Shown here in pieces: positions 29,860 through 39,186 of a stretch of DNA of 64,000 nt; position 1 is the stretch's first letter, and every line of letters starts with the position of its first letter. The stretch comes from Thermoplasmatota archaeon. GTDB taxonomy: Archaea; Thermoplasmatota; E2; DHVEG-1. The DNA lies in assembly GCA_036626215.1 (NCBI GenBank), contig JAZKSG010000001.1:5634-69633 (forward strand). The letters are read 5' to 3'. The notes below the pieces were generated by a model, which was given only the letters and a program-made list of their open reading frames with translations, had not been told where the DNA came from and ran no database searches. Position numbers and translations under genes: made by a program.

Positions 29860-30285
29860 ATGTGGTTTTTTAAGAAAAAACGAAACAGAAAAAGAAAAAA
29901 CTCCACTAGGAAACCTTGGAAGATTACTCGAAGGTGTTTGAATCTAATTTTGGAGAATTCCAAAGATTCCTATCCAAACGAATTTGGTGCAATGTTACGT
30001 GTTGATGAAAAAAATAAGAACATTATAACAGAGCTTGTTATGCTGCCCGGTACATTATCAGGAAGCAGTCATGCAATTTTCAAAATGCATATGAAACCCA
30101 TTGATTTCAGCTTAGTGGGAACGGTACACAGCCATCCCTCCAGCTCAAATCATCCATCTAGGGCAGATGTAGAATTTTTTAGAAAACACGGCAAAATCCA
30201 TATAATAGCAGCCTATCCCTTCAACAAACAAAGCTGGCAGAGTTATGATTACAATGGAACCCCAGTAGAGATAGAGGTAATCTAA
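29860..30285 (+). CDS. JAB1/MPN/Mov34 (JAMM) metalloprotease domain protein
   Basis: ~141 aa from ATG 29860. The tracked ORF starts at 29806 inside the nadK 3' end. Complete JAMM motif: E (NEFGAMLRVDE), then HSHPSSSNHPSRAD (H-x-H-x7-S-x2-D). Confidence 0.75.
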   Translation: MWFFKKKRNRKRKNSTRKPWKITRRCLNLILENSKDSYPNEFGAMLRVDEKNKNIITELVMLPGTLSGSSHAIFKMHMKPIDFSLVGTVHSHPSSSNHPSRADVEFFRKHGKIHIIAAYPFNKQSWQSYDYNGTPVEIEVI

Positions 30286-30381
30286 AAAAACTTTTTTTTA
30301 TGCCAACCTCTTTTAGATAGAGAAATGTAATCAGGTTTAAATAAATACAGCTGTATTCCATTCAAAAAACTGAGGAGAAAA

Positions 30382-31452
30382 ATGGGAGATTTATCAATAG
30401 ATGTAATGGTTTTTGCTCCATTAGCCCCTATACTATGCGTCCTATTATTCTGGTTTATACAGCTACTATTCATAGAAAGCGAAAAATATCTACTTGAACA
30501 AGTCCGTCCGAAACATAAACCTCTATGTCGTTTCACCAATTTTTTAGGGATACTATTCCAAACAATCTGCCATGCATTGGGATATACAGTCACAAAAAGC
30601 GGCGTCTCAAATTTCCATATAACTATCCATTATGGGAAAGTAAAGCCTAAAAAAGAGAGAGAAGGAGTTTTTGAATGGATTTCTAATGCGTTCCTCTTCA
30701 TAGGGCCTTTTTTTATTCCTCCTGCTTTGCTACTCATTTGTCTCTTTTTCCTAATACAGGGCAGCTTTGAGATAATATCAGTCTCTCAACTTGTGAACCT
30801 CGAATACAGTTTTGGAGGGCAAACTGTAACATTTGGAGCTAGTCTATACGTTTTTTCAAAAGATTTTCTAGAATTTCTTGTAAATATTGACTTTTTGCAT
30901 CCTGCTCATCTGGGTTTCACCATTTTCATGGTTCTACTCGGTCTTGGTATAAGGCCGTTATATATAAAGGATAAGAGACATCAAAAAGTTGATTTGATTT
31001 ACGATCTACGAAATGTATGGGGCCTAATAAGACAAAAACCGTTGTATTTGTTTTTTCTATTTTTGATGTGTTATATTTTATTCTATCTTTCCTTGTTTCT
31101 GGAGGTTAACTGGTATATAGCGTTGTTTGTAGTTTTTGGTTGGCTTTCAATTACCGCCATAATTTCGATACTGGTTGCAAATTTAGTCCTACTTTTTATA
31201 AAAGCTACAGACGGAATAGAGAGATATAAGAGAATAATTCCTTTTGTTGTAATCCCTATTTCTTATCTATCAATGAGAGTGTTTTTTTATTATTTCCAAT
31301 CTCCATATACTTATAGCATGTCGCTTTTAGTTATGTTGTTGTCAACGTTTCTCGTTGTCCTATTATTACTTAGAAGTAGGACCAATAAATTTAAAACTAA
31401 CTTCAGTATAAATCCGTTTAGTAAATTTAGTAAAAAACGTGGAGAAAAATAA
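30382..31452 (+). CDS. Polytopic membrane protein of unknown function
   Basis: 356 aa, ~8 predicted TM helices, no motifs recognised. Stop abuts the start of the next gene. Confidence 0.4.
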   Translation: MGDLSIDVMVFAPLAPILCVLLFWFIQLLFIESEKYLLEQVRPKHKPLCRFTNFLGILFQTICHALGYTVTKSGVSNFHITIHYGKVKPKKEREGVFEWISNAFLFIGPFFIPPALLLICLFFLIQGSFEIISVSQLVNLEYSFGGQTVTFGASLYVFSKDFLEFLVNIDFLHPAHLGFTIFMVLLGLGIRPLYIKDKRHQKVDLIYDLRNVWGLIRQKPLYLFFLFLMCYILFYLSLFLEVNWYIALFVVFGWLSITAIISILVANLVLLFIKATDGIERYKRIIPFVVIPISYLSMRVFFYYFQSPYTYSMSLLVMLLSTFLVVLLLLRSRTNKFKTNFSINPFSKFSKKRGEK

Positions 31453-32334
31453 ATGGATGAAGATGAGCTTTTAGAGGATGAAGAGTTAGAGAAAGTGCTC
31501 TCACCGCACCCATTGTCTTTTATGGGGCTTCAATCTCTATGTATCTTTCTCCTAGTATGGGGCATCCTCCTAGGATGGTTAGTAAATTTTTCTGATTTTC
31601 GTGGTATTTTAAACTCAAATGAATGGTTTCCCGTTATGGTATGGGGGCTTGTATTATTGGTGGCAGGAGTAATAGCATCTTTAATCGCTATACGGTGGCG
31701 TATCTTTTTCTTTTACCTTGCTGTATTCGCCGCCGGCTTAGGTATAATGTTAGCTTTAGGATGGATGGATGCGGCAGGGGTCTTCATACCGTTCTACACC
31801 GCCTCTATATCTATACTCGGTTTTCTGATGGTGGAACTGTTTAGAAGAAGCCACAAATATATTATTTCAAACAAGAGGTTAAAATTCCAAGGCGGCATAG
31901 TCACCAAAGAGGAACGAACTATAAGATACGACAAAATATCAGATATAAACTCTAAACAAGGAATACTAGGGCAAATATTTGGTTTCGGAACGATAATCCC
32001 TATCAGTCAATCAGGTTTTGGACTAGGGAGCGATAAAACTTTTGCAGGTGGCGGAGTGGGCGGCGGTAAGAAATTAAACCTATTTGGTTTTGCAGGTGGA
32101 GGAAAAGAGGTAAATATACCAAGATCCCGAAGTTATTTTGAATTACACGGCATATATCCGTACAAAGAAGTAAAAAAACTAGTGGAAAAACTTGTACAGG
32201 AAAGAGAGATAACCCCTTATCAACAAGAACAGGTAGCTTTTCAAAAAGAACAGGTAGATGTACAAAAACAAATGCGGGATCTACTTAAAATGCAGGACGA
32301 AAAAAAAGGCAACAGCGAAGAGGTAGAAGAATAA
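31453..32334 (+). CDS. Membrane protein with bacterial-type PH (bPH_2/YdbS-like) domain
   Basis: 293 aa. Three TM segments, then HKYIISNKRLKFQGGIVTKEERTIRYDKISDINSKQG (PF03703-like). Followed by a Gly-rich segment and a QQEQVAFQKEQVDVQKQ tail. Confidence 0.55.
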   Translation: MDEDELLEDEELEKVLSPHPLSFMGLQSLCIFLLVWGILLGWLVNFSDFRGILNSNEWFPVMVWGLVLLVAGVIASLIAIRWRIFFFYLAVFAAGLGIMLALGWMDAAGVFIPFYTASISILGFLMVELFRRSHKYIISNKRLKFQGGIVTKEERTIRYDKISDINSKQGILGQIFGFGTIIPISQSGFGLGSDKTFAGGGVGGGKKLNLFGFAGGGKEVNIPRSRSYFELHGIYPYKEVKKLVEKLVQEREITPYQQEQVAFQKEQVDVQKQMRDLLKMQDEKKGNSEEVEE

Positions 32335-32395
32335 AAAAACAACACAAAGCAAAAAAACTAAAGTTAGCGTTTAGGATAGGTGACTATTTTTTTCT

Positions 32396-32902
32396 ATGGT
32401 TCCAAAAAAAATGTTTTTAACAAAGGGGCTAGGGAGAGATAAAAACAAACTGCAATCTTTCGAAATGGCTTTAAGAGACGCAGGTATAGAAAAATGCAAC
32501 TTGGTAAGAGTTTCTAGTATCGTCCCACCCTCCTGTAAAATCATAAAAAAAGAAGACGGGATAAAAGAGATTACACCAGGTATGATAACATTCTGTGTTT
32601 TATGTAAAAATCAGACCAAAAAAAAAGATGAAACAATAGGTGCAGGAATAGGAGTTGCAACATCTAATAAAAAAAATTTACATGGATATGTTGCTGAACA
32701 AACAGCCTACAATGAAGAATGTAGAAAGTTAGAAAAAAATGTAGAAAAAACAGCTAAAAAAATGCTTGCCACGACAGGCGCCATAAAGAAAGAGGGTTTT
32801 ATGAAAAACAATAAACAAACAATTAACGCTACACAGATAGCTACATGCAAAAAAGAAGGTGTTTGGACGACGGGTGTAGCCGCCGCTGTTTTTATAATAT
32901 AG
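32396..32902 (+). CDS. pdaD: Pyruvoyl-dependent arginine decarboxylase (PdaD family)
   Basis: 168 aa. FLTKGLG...SFEMALRDAGIEKCNLVRVSSIVPP contains the Ser-Ser self-cleavage site context of the PdaD family. Confidence 0.7.
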   Translation: MVPKKMFLTKGLGRDKNKLQSFEMALRDAGIEKCNLVRVSSIVPPSCKIIKKEDGIKEITPGMITFCVLCKNQTKKKDETIGAGIGVATSNKKNLHGYVAEQTAYNEECRKLEKNVEKTAKKMLATTGAIKKEGFMKNNKQTINATQIATCKKEGVWTTGVAAAVFII

Positions 32903-32979
32903 TAATGTTCTATACTTATGAAGAAAGGTTTTATATATGGTTTTTTCTTACCATGCTTCAACTAAGGAGTGAAGTTCAT

Positions 32980-35373
32980 ATGAAAAAAGTGTTCAATATT
33001 TGGTTCGAAGACCTAGGAATGAATGATGTCGCCTCTGTAGGTGGAAAAAATGCTTCTCTAGGTGAAATGATTAGTGCACTCAAAGAAAAAGGAGTAAATG
33101 TTCCCTCTGGCTTTGCAGTAACAGCATATGCATACAAATACACCCTAGAAGAAGCAGGAGTAGATGAAAAAATCAAAGAAATACTCTCCGATCTTGACAC
33201 ACACGATGTCAACAACCTAAAAGAAAGAGGGCAGAAAGTAAGGGAATTAATAAAAAACACCCCGCTACCAGAGGATCTACGTGAGGATATAAAAAAACAT
33301 TATAAAGGGATGGAAGAACGATACGGTGAAAACGTTGATGTAGCAGTAAGAAGTAGTGCTACAGCAGAAGACCTTCCAGATGCCAGTTTCGCAGGACAAC
33401 AAGAAACATATCTAAACGTAACCGGAGAAGAAGAACTATTAAAAAAAGTCCGTGAATGCTTCGCATCACTCTTTACCAACAGAGCAATATCATACAGAGA
33501 AGACAAAGGGTTCGACCATTTCGATGTATATCTCTCAGTAGGCATACAGAAAATGATTAGATCAGACTTGGCAAGCAGCGGAGTTATGTTTTCAATAGAC
33601 ACAGAAAGTGGATTTGAAGACGCCGTATTTATAACCGGAGCATGGGGGCTCGGAGAAAACGTTGTACAAGGAACAGTCAATCCAGATCAGTTCTACGTTT
33701 TCAAACCTACACTTAAAGAGGGATATCGACCAGTAGTGGAAAAGAAACTAGGTAGCAAAGAAAAAAAGATGATCTACTCAGAGGAAGGCACAAAAAATAT
33801 AGATGTTGATCAAGAAGAGAGAGATAAATTTGTAATCAACGATGATGAAATACTACAGCTTGCTAAATGGGCCTGTGCCATTGAAGACCACTATGAAAAG
33901 CCAATGGATATAGAATGGGCAAAAGACGGGGAAACTGGTGAGCTCTTCATAGTTCAAGCTAGACCCGAGACAGTTCACAGTCAAAAAGATGCTGCAACTT
34001 TAGAAACATATGTTCTTGAAGAAAAAAGCGACATTATAGCAGAAGGAGAAGCAGTAGGAAGCAAAATAGGAAAAGGAAAAGTAAACGTGATAGAAAGCGC
34101 CGAAAACATAGATCAATTCAAAAAAGGACAAGTTCTAGTTACCGATATGACCGACCCGGATTGGGAACCAATAATGAAAATCGCCGGAGCAATCGTCACC
34201 AACAGCGGAGGGAGAACCTGTCATGCAGCAATCATAAGCCGTGAACTCGGAATCCCCTGTGTTATAGGGACAGAAAACGGTACAGAAAAAATTAAAGATG
34301 GAGAAGAGGTAACCGTAGACTGCAGCGAAGGAGTAGGAAGAATCTACGAAGGAGGACTTAACTTCAGAGTGGATAAAACACACTTGGAAGAGATACCAGA
34401 TACCAAAACACAAATTCTAATGAATGTTGGAACGCCAGAAAAAGCATTTCAACAAGGACAGATTCCAAACGACGGAGTAGGGCTTGCAAGAGAGGAATTC
34501 ATCATAAACAGCCACATAGGCATACATCCATTAGCATTACTACAATATAAAGAACTGAAAAAGAAAGCAAAAAACGATGAAAAAATCGCAGAAGTAATCA
34601 AAAAGATAGATGAAAAAACCAAAGGATACGAAGACAAAGAAAAATTTTTCATAGACAAACTAACAAGAGGAATAGCAAAAATCGCTTCAGCATTCTACCC
34701 ACGAGACGTCATAGTCCGAATGAGTGACTTCAAAACCAACGAATACGCAAACCTAATAGGCGGATACCTGTACGAACCCGAAGAACACAACCCGATGATA
34801 GGGTGGAGAGGTGCCAGCAGATATTATGACGAAAAATTCAAACCAGCATACGGGCTCGAATGTCAAGCTATCAAAAAAGCAAGAGATGAAATGGGGCTCA
34901 CCAATATCAAGCCAATGATACCGTTCTGCCGTACGCCAGAAGAAGGGAAAAAAGTCATAGAAACAATGGAAGAATTCGGATTGAAACAAGGTGAAAACGA
35001 CCTGGAGATCTACGTAATGTGTGAAATACCAAGCAACGTAGTAGTAGCAGACCAGTTCGCAGAAATATTCGACGGATTCAGCATAGGGAGCAACGACCTC
35101 ACACAGCTAACACTAGGGCTAGACCGTGACTCAGATCTCGTAGCACACATATTTGATGAAAGACAAGACGCCGTAAAAAGACTAGTAAAACAAGTAATAG
35201 AAACCGCCCACAACCATGAACCAAGACGAAAAGTTGGAATATGTGGACAAGCACCGTCTGATTTCCCAGAATTCGCAGAATACCTAGTAGAGTGCGGAAT
35301 AGACAGTATCAGTTTAAATCCCGACACAGTCGTCAAAACCCGACTGACGATAGCAGACGCAGAAAAAAACTAA
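32980..35373 (+). CDS. ppsA: Phosphoenolpyruvate synthase (pyruvate, water dikinase)
   Basis: 797 aa from ATG 32980 after aaggagtg. The tracked ORF 32845 is an upstream extension. N-terminus MKKVFNIWFEDLGMNDVASVGGKNASLGEM. Phosphohistidine swivel motif GGRTCHAAIISRELGIPCVIG. C-terminal PEP-utilising TIM-barrel motifs IGSNDLTQLTLG. Confidence 0.9.
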   Translation: MKKVFNIWFEDLGMNDVASVGGKNASLGEMISALKEKGVNVPSGFAVTAYAYKYTLEEAGVDEKIKEILSDLDTHDVNNLKERGQKVRELIKNTPLPEDLREDIKKHYKGMEERYGENVDVAVRSSATAEDLPDASFAGQQETYLNVTGEEELLKKVRECFASLFTNRAISYREDKGFDHFDVYLSVGIQKMIRSDLASSGVMFSIDTESGFEDAVFITGAWGLGENVVQGTVNPDQFYVFKPTLKEGYRPVVEKKLGSKEKKMIYSEEGTKNIDVDQEERDKFVINDDEILQLAKWACAIEDHYEKPMDIEWAKDGETGELFIVQARPETVHSQKDAATLETYVLEEKSDIIAEGEAVGSKIGKGKVNVIESAENIDQFKKGQVLVTDMTDPDWEPIMKIAGAIVTNSGGRTCHAAIISRELGIPCVIGTENGTEKIKDGEEVTVDCSEGVGRIYEGGLNFRVDKTHLEEIPDTKTQILMNVGTPEKAFQQGQIPNDGVGLAREEFIINSHIGIHPLALLQYKELKKKAKNDEKIAEVIKKIDEKTKGYEDKEKFFIDKLTRGIAKIASAFYPRDVIVRMSDFKTNEYANLIGGYLYEPEEHNPMIGWRGASRYYDEKFKPAYGLECQAIKKARDEMGLTNIKPMIPFCRTPEEGKKVIETMEEFGLKQGENDLEIYVMCEIPSNVVVADQFAEIFDGFSIGSNDLTQLTLGLDRDSDLVAHIFDERQDAVKRLVKQVIETAHNHEPRRKVGICGQAPSDFPEFAEYLVECGIDSISLNPDTVVKTRLTIADAEKN

Positions 35374-35392
35374 AATAAAAAAAAATACAACA

Positions 35393-35417
35393 TTTTCTTT
35401 TTTTCTCTATTTTTTTA
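35393..35417 (+). terminator. Oligo-T terminator candidate after ppsA
   Basis: ttttctttttttctctattttttt 3' of the stop at 35373. Confidence 0.3.
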
Positions 35418-35479
35418 AACATTTTAAAATAGGATAAACTTTTATGTTACATACTATGTTTCTTTTTTTATAGAGAATC

Positions 35480-36082
35480 ATGAAAATTATTCCAGTGATA
35501 CATCTGCAGAAAAGAAAAATATTTGACCACCATAACGGCAAGAATATAGATTTAGAACAAATTTTATCAGAGATAAAAGAAAACAAAGAATTATATCTCC
35601 TAGACTGGGATGCATTAGAAAAAAGTCGACCCAACCTCTGCATATATCAACGATTTTCCTCAATCTTTAACCTATGGGTTGACTCTGGTGTACAAACCAT
35701 GGGAGACACGGTAGATGTTTTAACCGCAGGAGCAGAAAAACTTGTTTTTAGAAGAAAAATATGGCCGAGTCTAAACTTCAAAGATATCAAAGAAATCACG
35801 GATAACGAAATATATAATAAGATAGAATTTGGCAAACACGTCGGAAATAGATTTGAGATACCGACACACAACGATGTCGACGGTTTAGTGATTATGGAAA
35901 GCCGCAGAGAGCTTGAAGAAGACTACAAAGCGATTAATTTATTGAAAACACTTGCAGAGAAACAAAAAATATTTTGTTATGAAAACAACAGCGATAACGT
36001 TCGCTACTGGGAAGATAGAGATATAAAAGGTTTATTAGTTGATTTTAAAGATTTTAAAAGGATAAAAAAATATGGCGACTGA
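35480..36082 (+). CDS. Hypothetical protein with HisA/HisF-like (beta-alpha)-barrel segment
   Basis: 200 aa. MKIIPVIHLQKRKI and IYQRFSSIFNLWVDSGVQTMGDTVDVLTAGAEKLVF resemble the phosphate-binding half-barrel of HisA/HisF. Weak. Confidence 0.3.
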   Translation: MKIIPVIHLQKRKIFDHHNGKNIDLEQILSEIKENKELYLLDWDALEKSRPNLCIYQRFSSIFNLWVDSGVQTMGDTVDVLTAGAEKLVFRRKIWPSLNFKDIKEITDNEIYNKIEFGKHVGNRFEIPTHNDVDGLVIMESRRELEEDYKAINLLKTLAEKQKIFCYENNSDNVRYWEDRDIKGLLVDFKDFKRIKKYGD

Positions 36083-36569
36083 AGAAAAAAACATTATAGC
36101 TTTTCTGTTTAAAAGAAGTGGTAAAGAAAAACTTGAGGTTTCAGAGTTTTATCTACCAATGTCTATGGAACTAAAATGGTGTAAACCCCAACAGGCTAAA
36201 AAATTTGTTCAAAACTCATTAGAAAAAAACTTGTTAGAAAAAGAAAAAGGTCTGTTAAAACCAGGTTTTGACATCGAAAAAGTGGACATCCCTGTGGGCT
36301 TCCAACCCTCAGATGGTTTTTTTGAAACATCTAATAGAGAAAACAAAGAAGAAAGTGAAAACAGTTTTTTGGACTCAGTTATAAACAAAATTAGTGAAAA
36401 ATCGGATGAAAAAACCGAAGTTTTAAGAAGCGAAATTAAAGCGTATGCTAATAAAAAAAATATTTTTCCAGAGGTTGCAGCTTTAATTAAAGCCAAAGAA
36501 TATAAAGTCTCCATTAAAGAATTTGAAGAAAGCCTTGAAAAACTGATTTTTAAAGAAAATAAAGAATAA
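36072..36569 (+). CDS. Hypothetical acidic protein
   Basis: 165 aa with an 11-nt overlap to the upstream gene. No motif recognised. Confidence 0.3.
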   Translation: MATEEKNIIAFLFKRSGKEKLEVSEFYLPMSMELKWCKPQQAKKFVQNSLEKNLLEKEKGLLKPGFDIEKVDIPVGFQPSDGFFETSNRENKEESENSFLDSVINKISEKSDEKTEVLRSEIKAYANKKNIFPEVAALIKAKEYKVSIKEFEESLEKLIFKENKE

Positions 36570-37914
36570 TTGGAAATAACAAGATCCCCATACAATGGCT
36601 TCGGCGTACACCCCACAACACTGGGATCAAACCAATTATTGTGGCAACTAAGAGTACTAAAAGTCCAACTATGCCTGTGAATAGGAAAACTAAAGTTGTT
36701 ACAAAAAGTATTGTTAGGATAACTAAAGGCTGATAAGGTATTTTTGAGAAATGTTTAGCAAAAAATATACCTGTTTTCAAGGTGGAAAAATAAGATAAAA
36801 CACCAGCAAGTAGGACAGCTATCATCAAAAAAGAGAGATTAGAGGGTAATAGTAAGCTACTCCACTCTTCTATTGAAACTAGTTCTGCCGCTGCTATAGC
36901 AGCTCCACTCCTCGGCCTCAAAATCACGAAAAGCATTACCACTACAAAAAAGGCACATGCAGTGTTTACAGCGGATAACGTAGTGATAGTCTGTTTTTTG
37001 TTAGAATCATCCGTATTTTCGCCTCCAGTTTTACCTCGCGCGTTCATAGCTATAACAGTTCCAGTAGCAGAAGTAATACCTGGTATAATAGAGACTAATA
37101 TACCCCCTAAACTACCCGTTATAACAGATATTATTGACGATTTTTTGGTTTTTTTATCAAAATTTGGTTCTGAAATTGACTGCGTAGGTATATCCGGGTT
37201 GTTTTTTAGAGAATGTATTAGAGTTGATATACCAAAAAGACCGGTTAATGCAGGGAAAAGTACAGGTGATTGAAGACCTATCGGTGAATCAACTGTTAAC
37301 TCAAATACTACTACACCGAAGATGCCGGATAAAAAGAAGAGAAACGCTGCGAATGCCATCCCGAGAAAATAAGGTTTTTTTCCTTTTAGGTTGAAATCAG
37401 TAATTTTTCCTTTCTCTGTTAATATCATTATTATGGTTATGCAGATTAGAACCCATAGCATGTTGTCTTTTATCGTTTCATATAGATAGATTGGTTCTCC
37501 TATCACAAAGCGGACGGGTAGGAGGAGCAAAAAACAGAAAAATATGGCGCCTAAACTTCCGGTGGCTGAGAAAAAGACTCCTTCATATGCTTTTCCTTTT
37601 AGAAGTAAGGTATGGGCAGGTAGAACAGATAATGCTGTGTCGGCGTCTGGAGCACCCAGGAAGGAGGATGGAATATAATCGTGAAATGTATGGGAGATGC
37701 TAACACTAGTGATGAATATTGCTATCAATAACAAAATGAAGCTCTCTGTCAACCCTTGTTGATACAAAAATGTTAAAGAACCTACTATAACCCCAGAAAG
37801 AGAAAGTAAGATAAGAGAGATATTGTTTACATGCAACCCCGGTAGCAGCCCAGTTGCTATACCTGTTATCACACCAAAGATACAGAAAATACAAACTAAA
37901 AATAGATCTATCAT
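36550..37914 (-). CDS. TctA-family (DUF112) tripartite tricarboxylate transporter-like permease
   Basis: 454 aa polytopic membrane protein. N-terminal GIATGLLPGLHVNNISLILL and a second internal GSLGGILVSIIPGITSATGTVIAM repeat typical of the TctA duplication. Confidence 0.55.
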   Translation of the reverse strand: MIDLFLVCIFCIFGVITGIATGLLPGLHVNNISLILLSLSGVIVGSLTFLYQQGLTESFILLLIAIFITSVSISHTFHDYIPSSFLGAPDADTALSVLPAHTLLLKGKAYEGVFFSATGSLGAIFFCFLLLLPVRFVIGEPIYLYETIKDNMLWVLICITIIMILTEKGKITDFNLKGKKPYFLGMAFAAFLFFLSGIFGVVVFELTVDSPIGLQSPVLFPALTGLFGISTLIHSLKNNPDIPTQSISEPNFDKKTKKSSIISVITGSLGGILVSIIPGITSATGTVIAMNARGKTGGENTDDSNKKQTITTLSAVNTACAFFVVVMLFVILRPRSGAAIAAAELVSIEEWSSLLLPSNLSFLMIAVLLAGVLSYFSTLKTGIFFAKHFSKIPYQPLVILTILFVTTLVFLFTGIVGLLVLLVATIIGLIPVLWGVRRSHCMGILLFPIILYFL

Positions 37915-37938
37915 TGTTAATCACCAAACAAAATAATG

Positions 37939-38577
37939 TTACACTTGTTTCAGCTGAGTGTTTTTTATTTCGTATCTAAACTGTTTTTTGTTAAAAGAGA
38001 AGGTGCCTGTTAAGTAGATTTTTTGTCCTTTGTTGTGTATCTGTTTTGTATCATTTGGTATATGTATAGGAAGAAGATAGGTTTCGTTTGCATCAGTCAG
38101 ATATAGATAGTCTTCATCTGCTTCTTTTATTATCCCTCTGGTTTGTATTTGTAGTCCTTCATAATGTGAGGGTTTTGTTGCAAGCTCCCATAGTGGTGTT
38201 TCGATTTTGTTCCATTTTTTTATAATTTTTATATTTCTGTTATTATCTACTATTATTTCCATCTCGTTTTGATATTTTTGAACTTCACCTGTAACCTCTA
38301 TTTGGTCTCCAAAATCCAGGTTTAGAGGTGTTTCAAGAAATAATTTAACCGTGTTCTCTTCTTTTTTTATAGTTACTATTTGGTTTCCGTAGGAAGTCAA
38401 GTAATATTCTTTTACTCTTCCATTGGTGGTTATTCTTTTTCCTTCATGTTCCTGTATTTCTCCCAGATCTATCTTTGTGGGTTGGGTTAGTGTTGATATT
38501 GTATATAATATTGTTATTCCAATAATTGCAAAGACTATTAGTAGGTATTTTGGGTTTATTGTCTTTCTGAAATTCAT
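37939..38577 (-). CDS. Membrane-anchored protein of unknown function (possible OB-fold repeats)
   Basis: 212 aa. N-terminal TM YLLIVFAIIGITILYTI, then two beta-rich repeats. Confidence 0.3.
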   Translation of the reverse strand: MNFRKTINPKYLLIVFAIIGITILYTISTLTQPTKIDLGEIQEHEGKRITTNGRVKEYYLTSYGNQIVTIKKEENTVKLFLETPLNLDFGDQIEVTGEVQKYQNEMEIIVDNNRNIKIIKKWNKIETPLWELATKPSHYEGLQIQTRGIIKEADEDYLYLTDANETYLLPIHIPNDTKQIHNKGQKIYLTGTFSFNKKQFRYEIKNTQLKQV

Positions 38578-38699
38578 TTAAACTCATATTTAAATATTAA
38601 TTGTATTATTAAAATTATCTATTATTTATGTTGATGTTTTGGGAAAGGTTTATATGCACCTTATCCTTAATCTGTTAACGATTGTTAACGAAGTGGTGA

Positions 38700-39077
38700 G
38701 TGATGACTATAAAATATGGAAACAACGGAGAAACAACAAGCTTAAACACCTTATCAGAAAAAAAGCTATACGAGATTATAGAAGAAGTTAGAAACAAATT
38801 AAGTGATATAGATTCAGCTCAAAATAAAATAAAAGCTAATTATGATATCATAGAAACAGATAGAGAAATCAATCTTACTATGAATCTCCCTGAGCCTAAC
38901 AAACAAGATATAGATATAAAAACAACAGAAAGCAGTATAAAAATAGTTATTTTCACTCCAAAAAAAATACTAAAGGAAAACATAGAACTACCTCTGAAGA
39001 TAAAACCAAAAGAGACAAAGGCAACATATAAAAATGGTGTGCTTGATTTATCTTTAAAACGTAAAAACAAAAAATGA
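38700..39077 (+). CDS. Hsp20/alpha-crystallin-like small heat-shock protein
   Basis: 125 aa. INLTMNLPEPNKQDIDIKTTESSIKIV...ATYKNGVLDLSLKRK fits the ACD beta-sandwich pattern with the C-terminal 'NGVL-I-LPK' signature. Confidence 0.5.
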   Translation: MMTIKYGNNGETTSLNTLSEKKLYEIIEEVRNKLSDIDSAQNKIKANYDIIETDREINLTMNLPEPNKQDIDIKTTESSIKIVIFTPKKILKENIELPLKIKPKETKATYKNGVLDLSLKRKNKK

Positions 39078-39186
39078 AAAAATTGAATAGCAAAGAAAAT
39101 GTTGATATTTTTTAGGAAATTAATAGGTAGAAAAATTTATATTATATAGATAATTGTTTGAAAGGAAATCTGGTGGAATCATTAAA

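Noticed and set aside
32845-32979. N-terminal 45-codon extension of the PEP synthase ORF (tracked as starting at 32845)
   Set aside because: The extension overlaps the pdaD 3' end and has no similarity to PpsA. ATG 32980 is preceded by aaggagtg and begins the canonical MKKVFNIWFEDL N-terminus.
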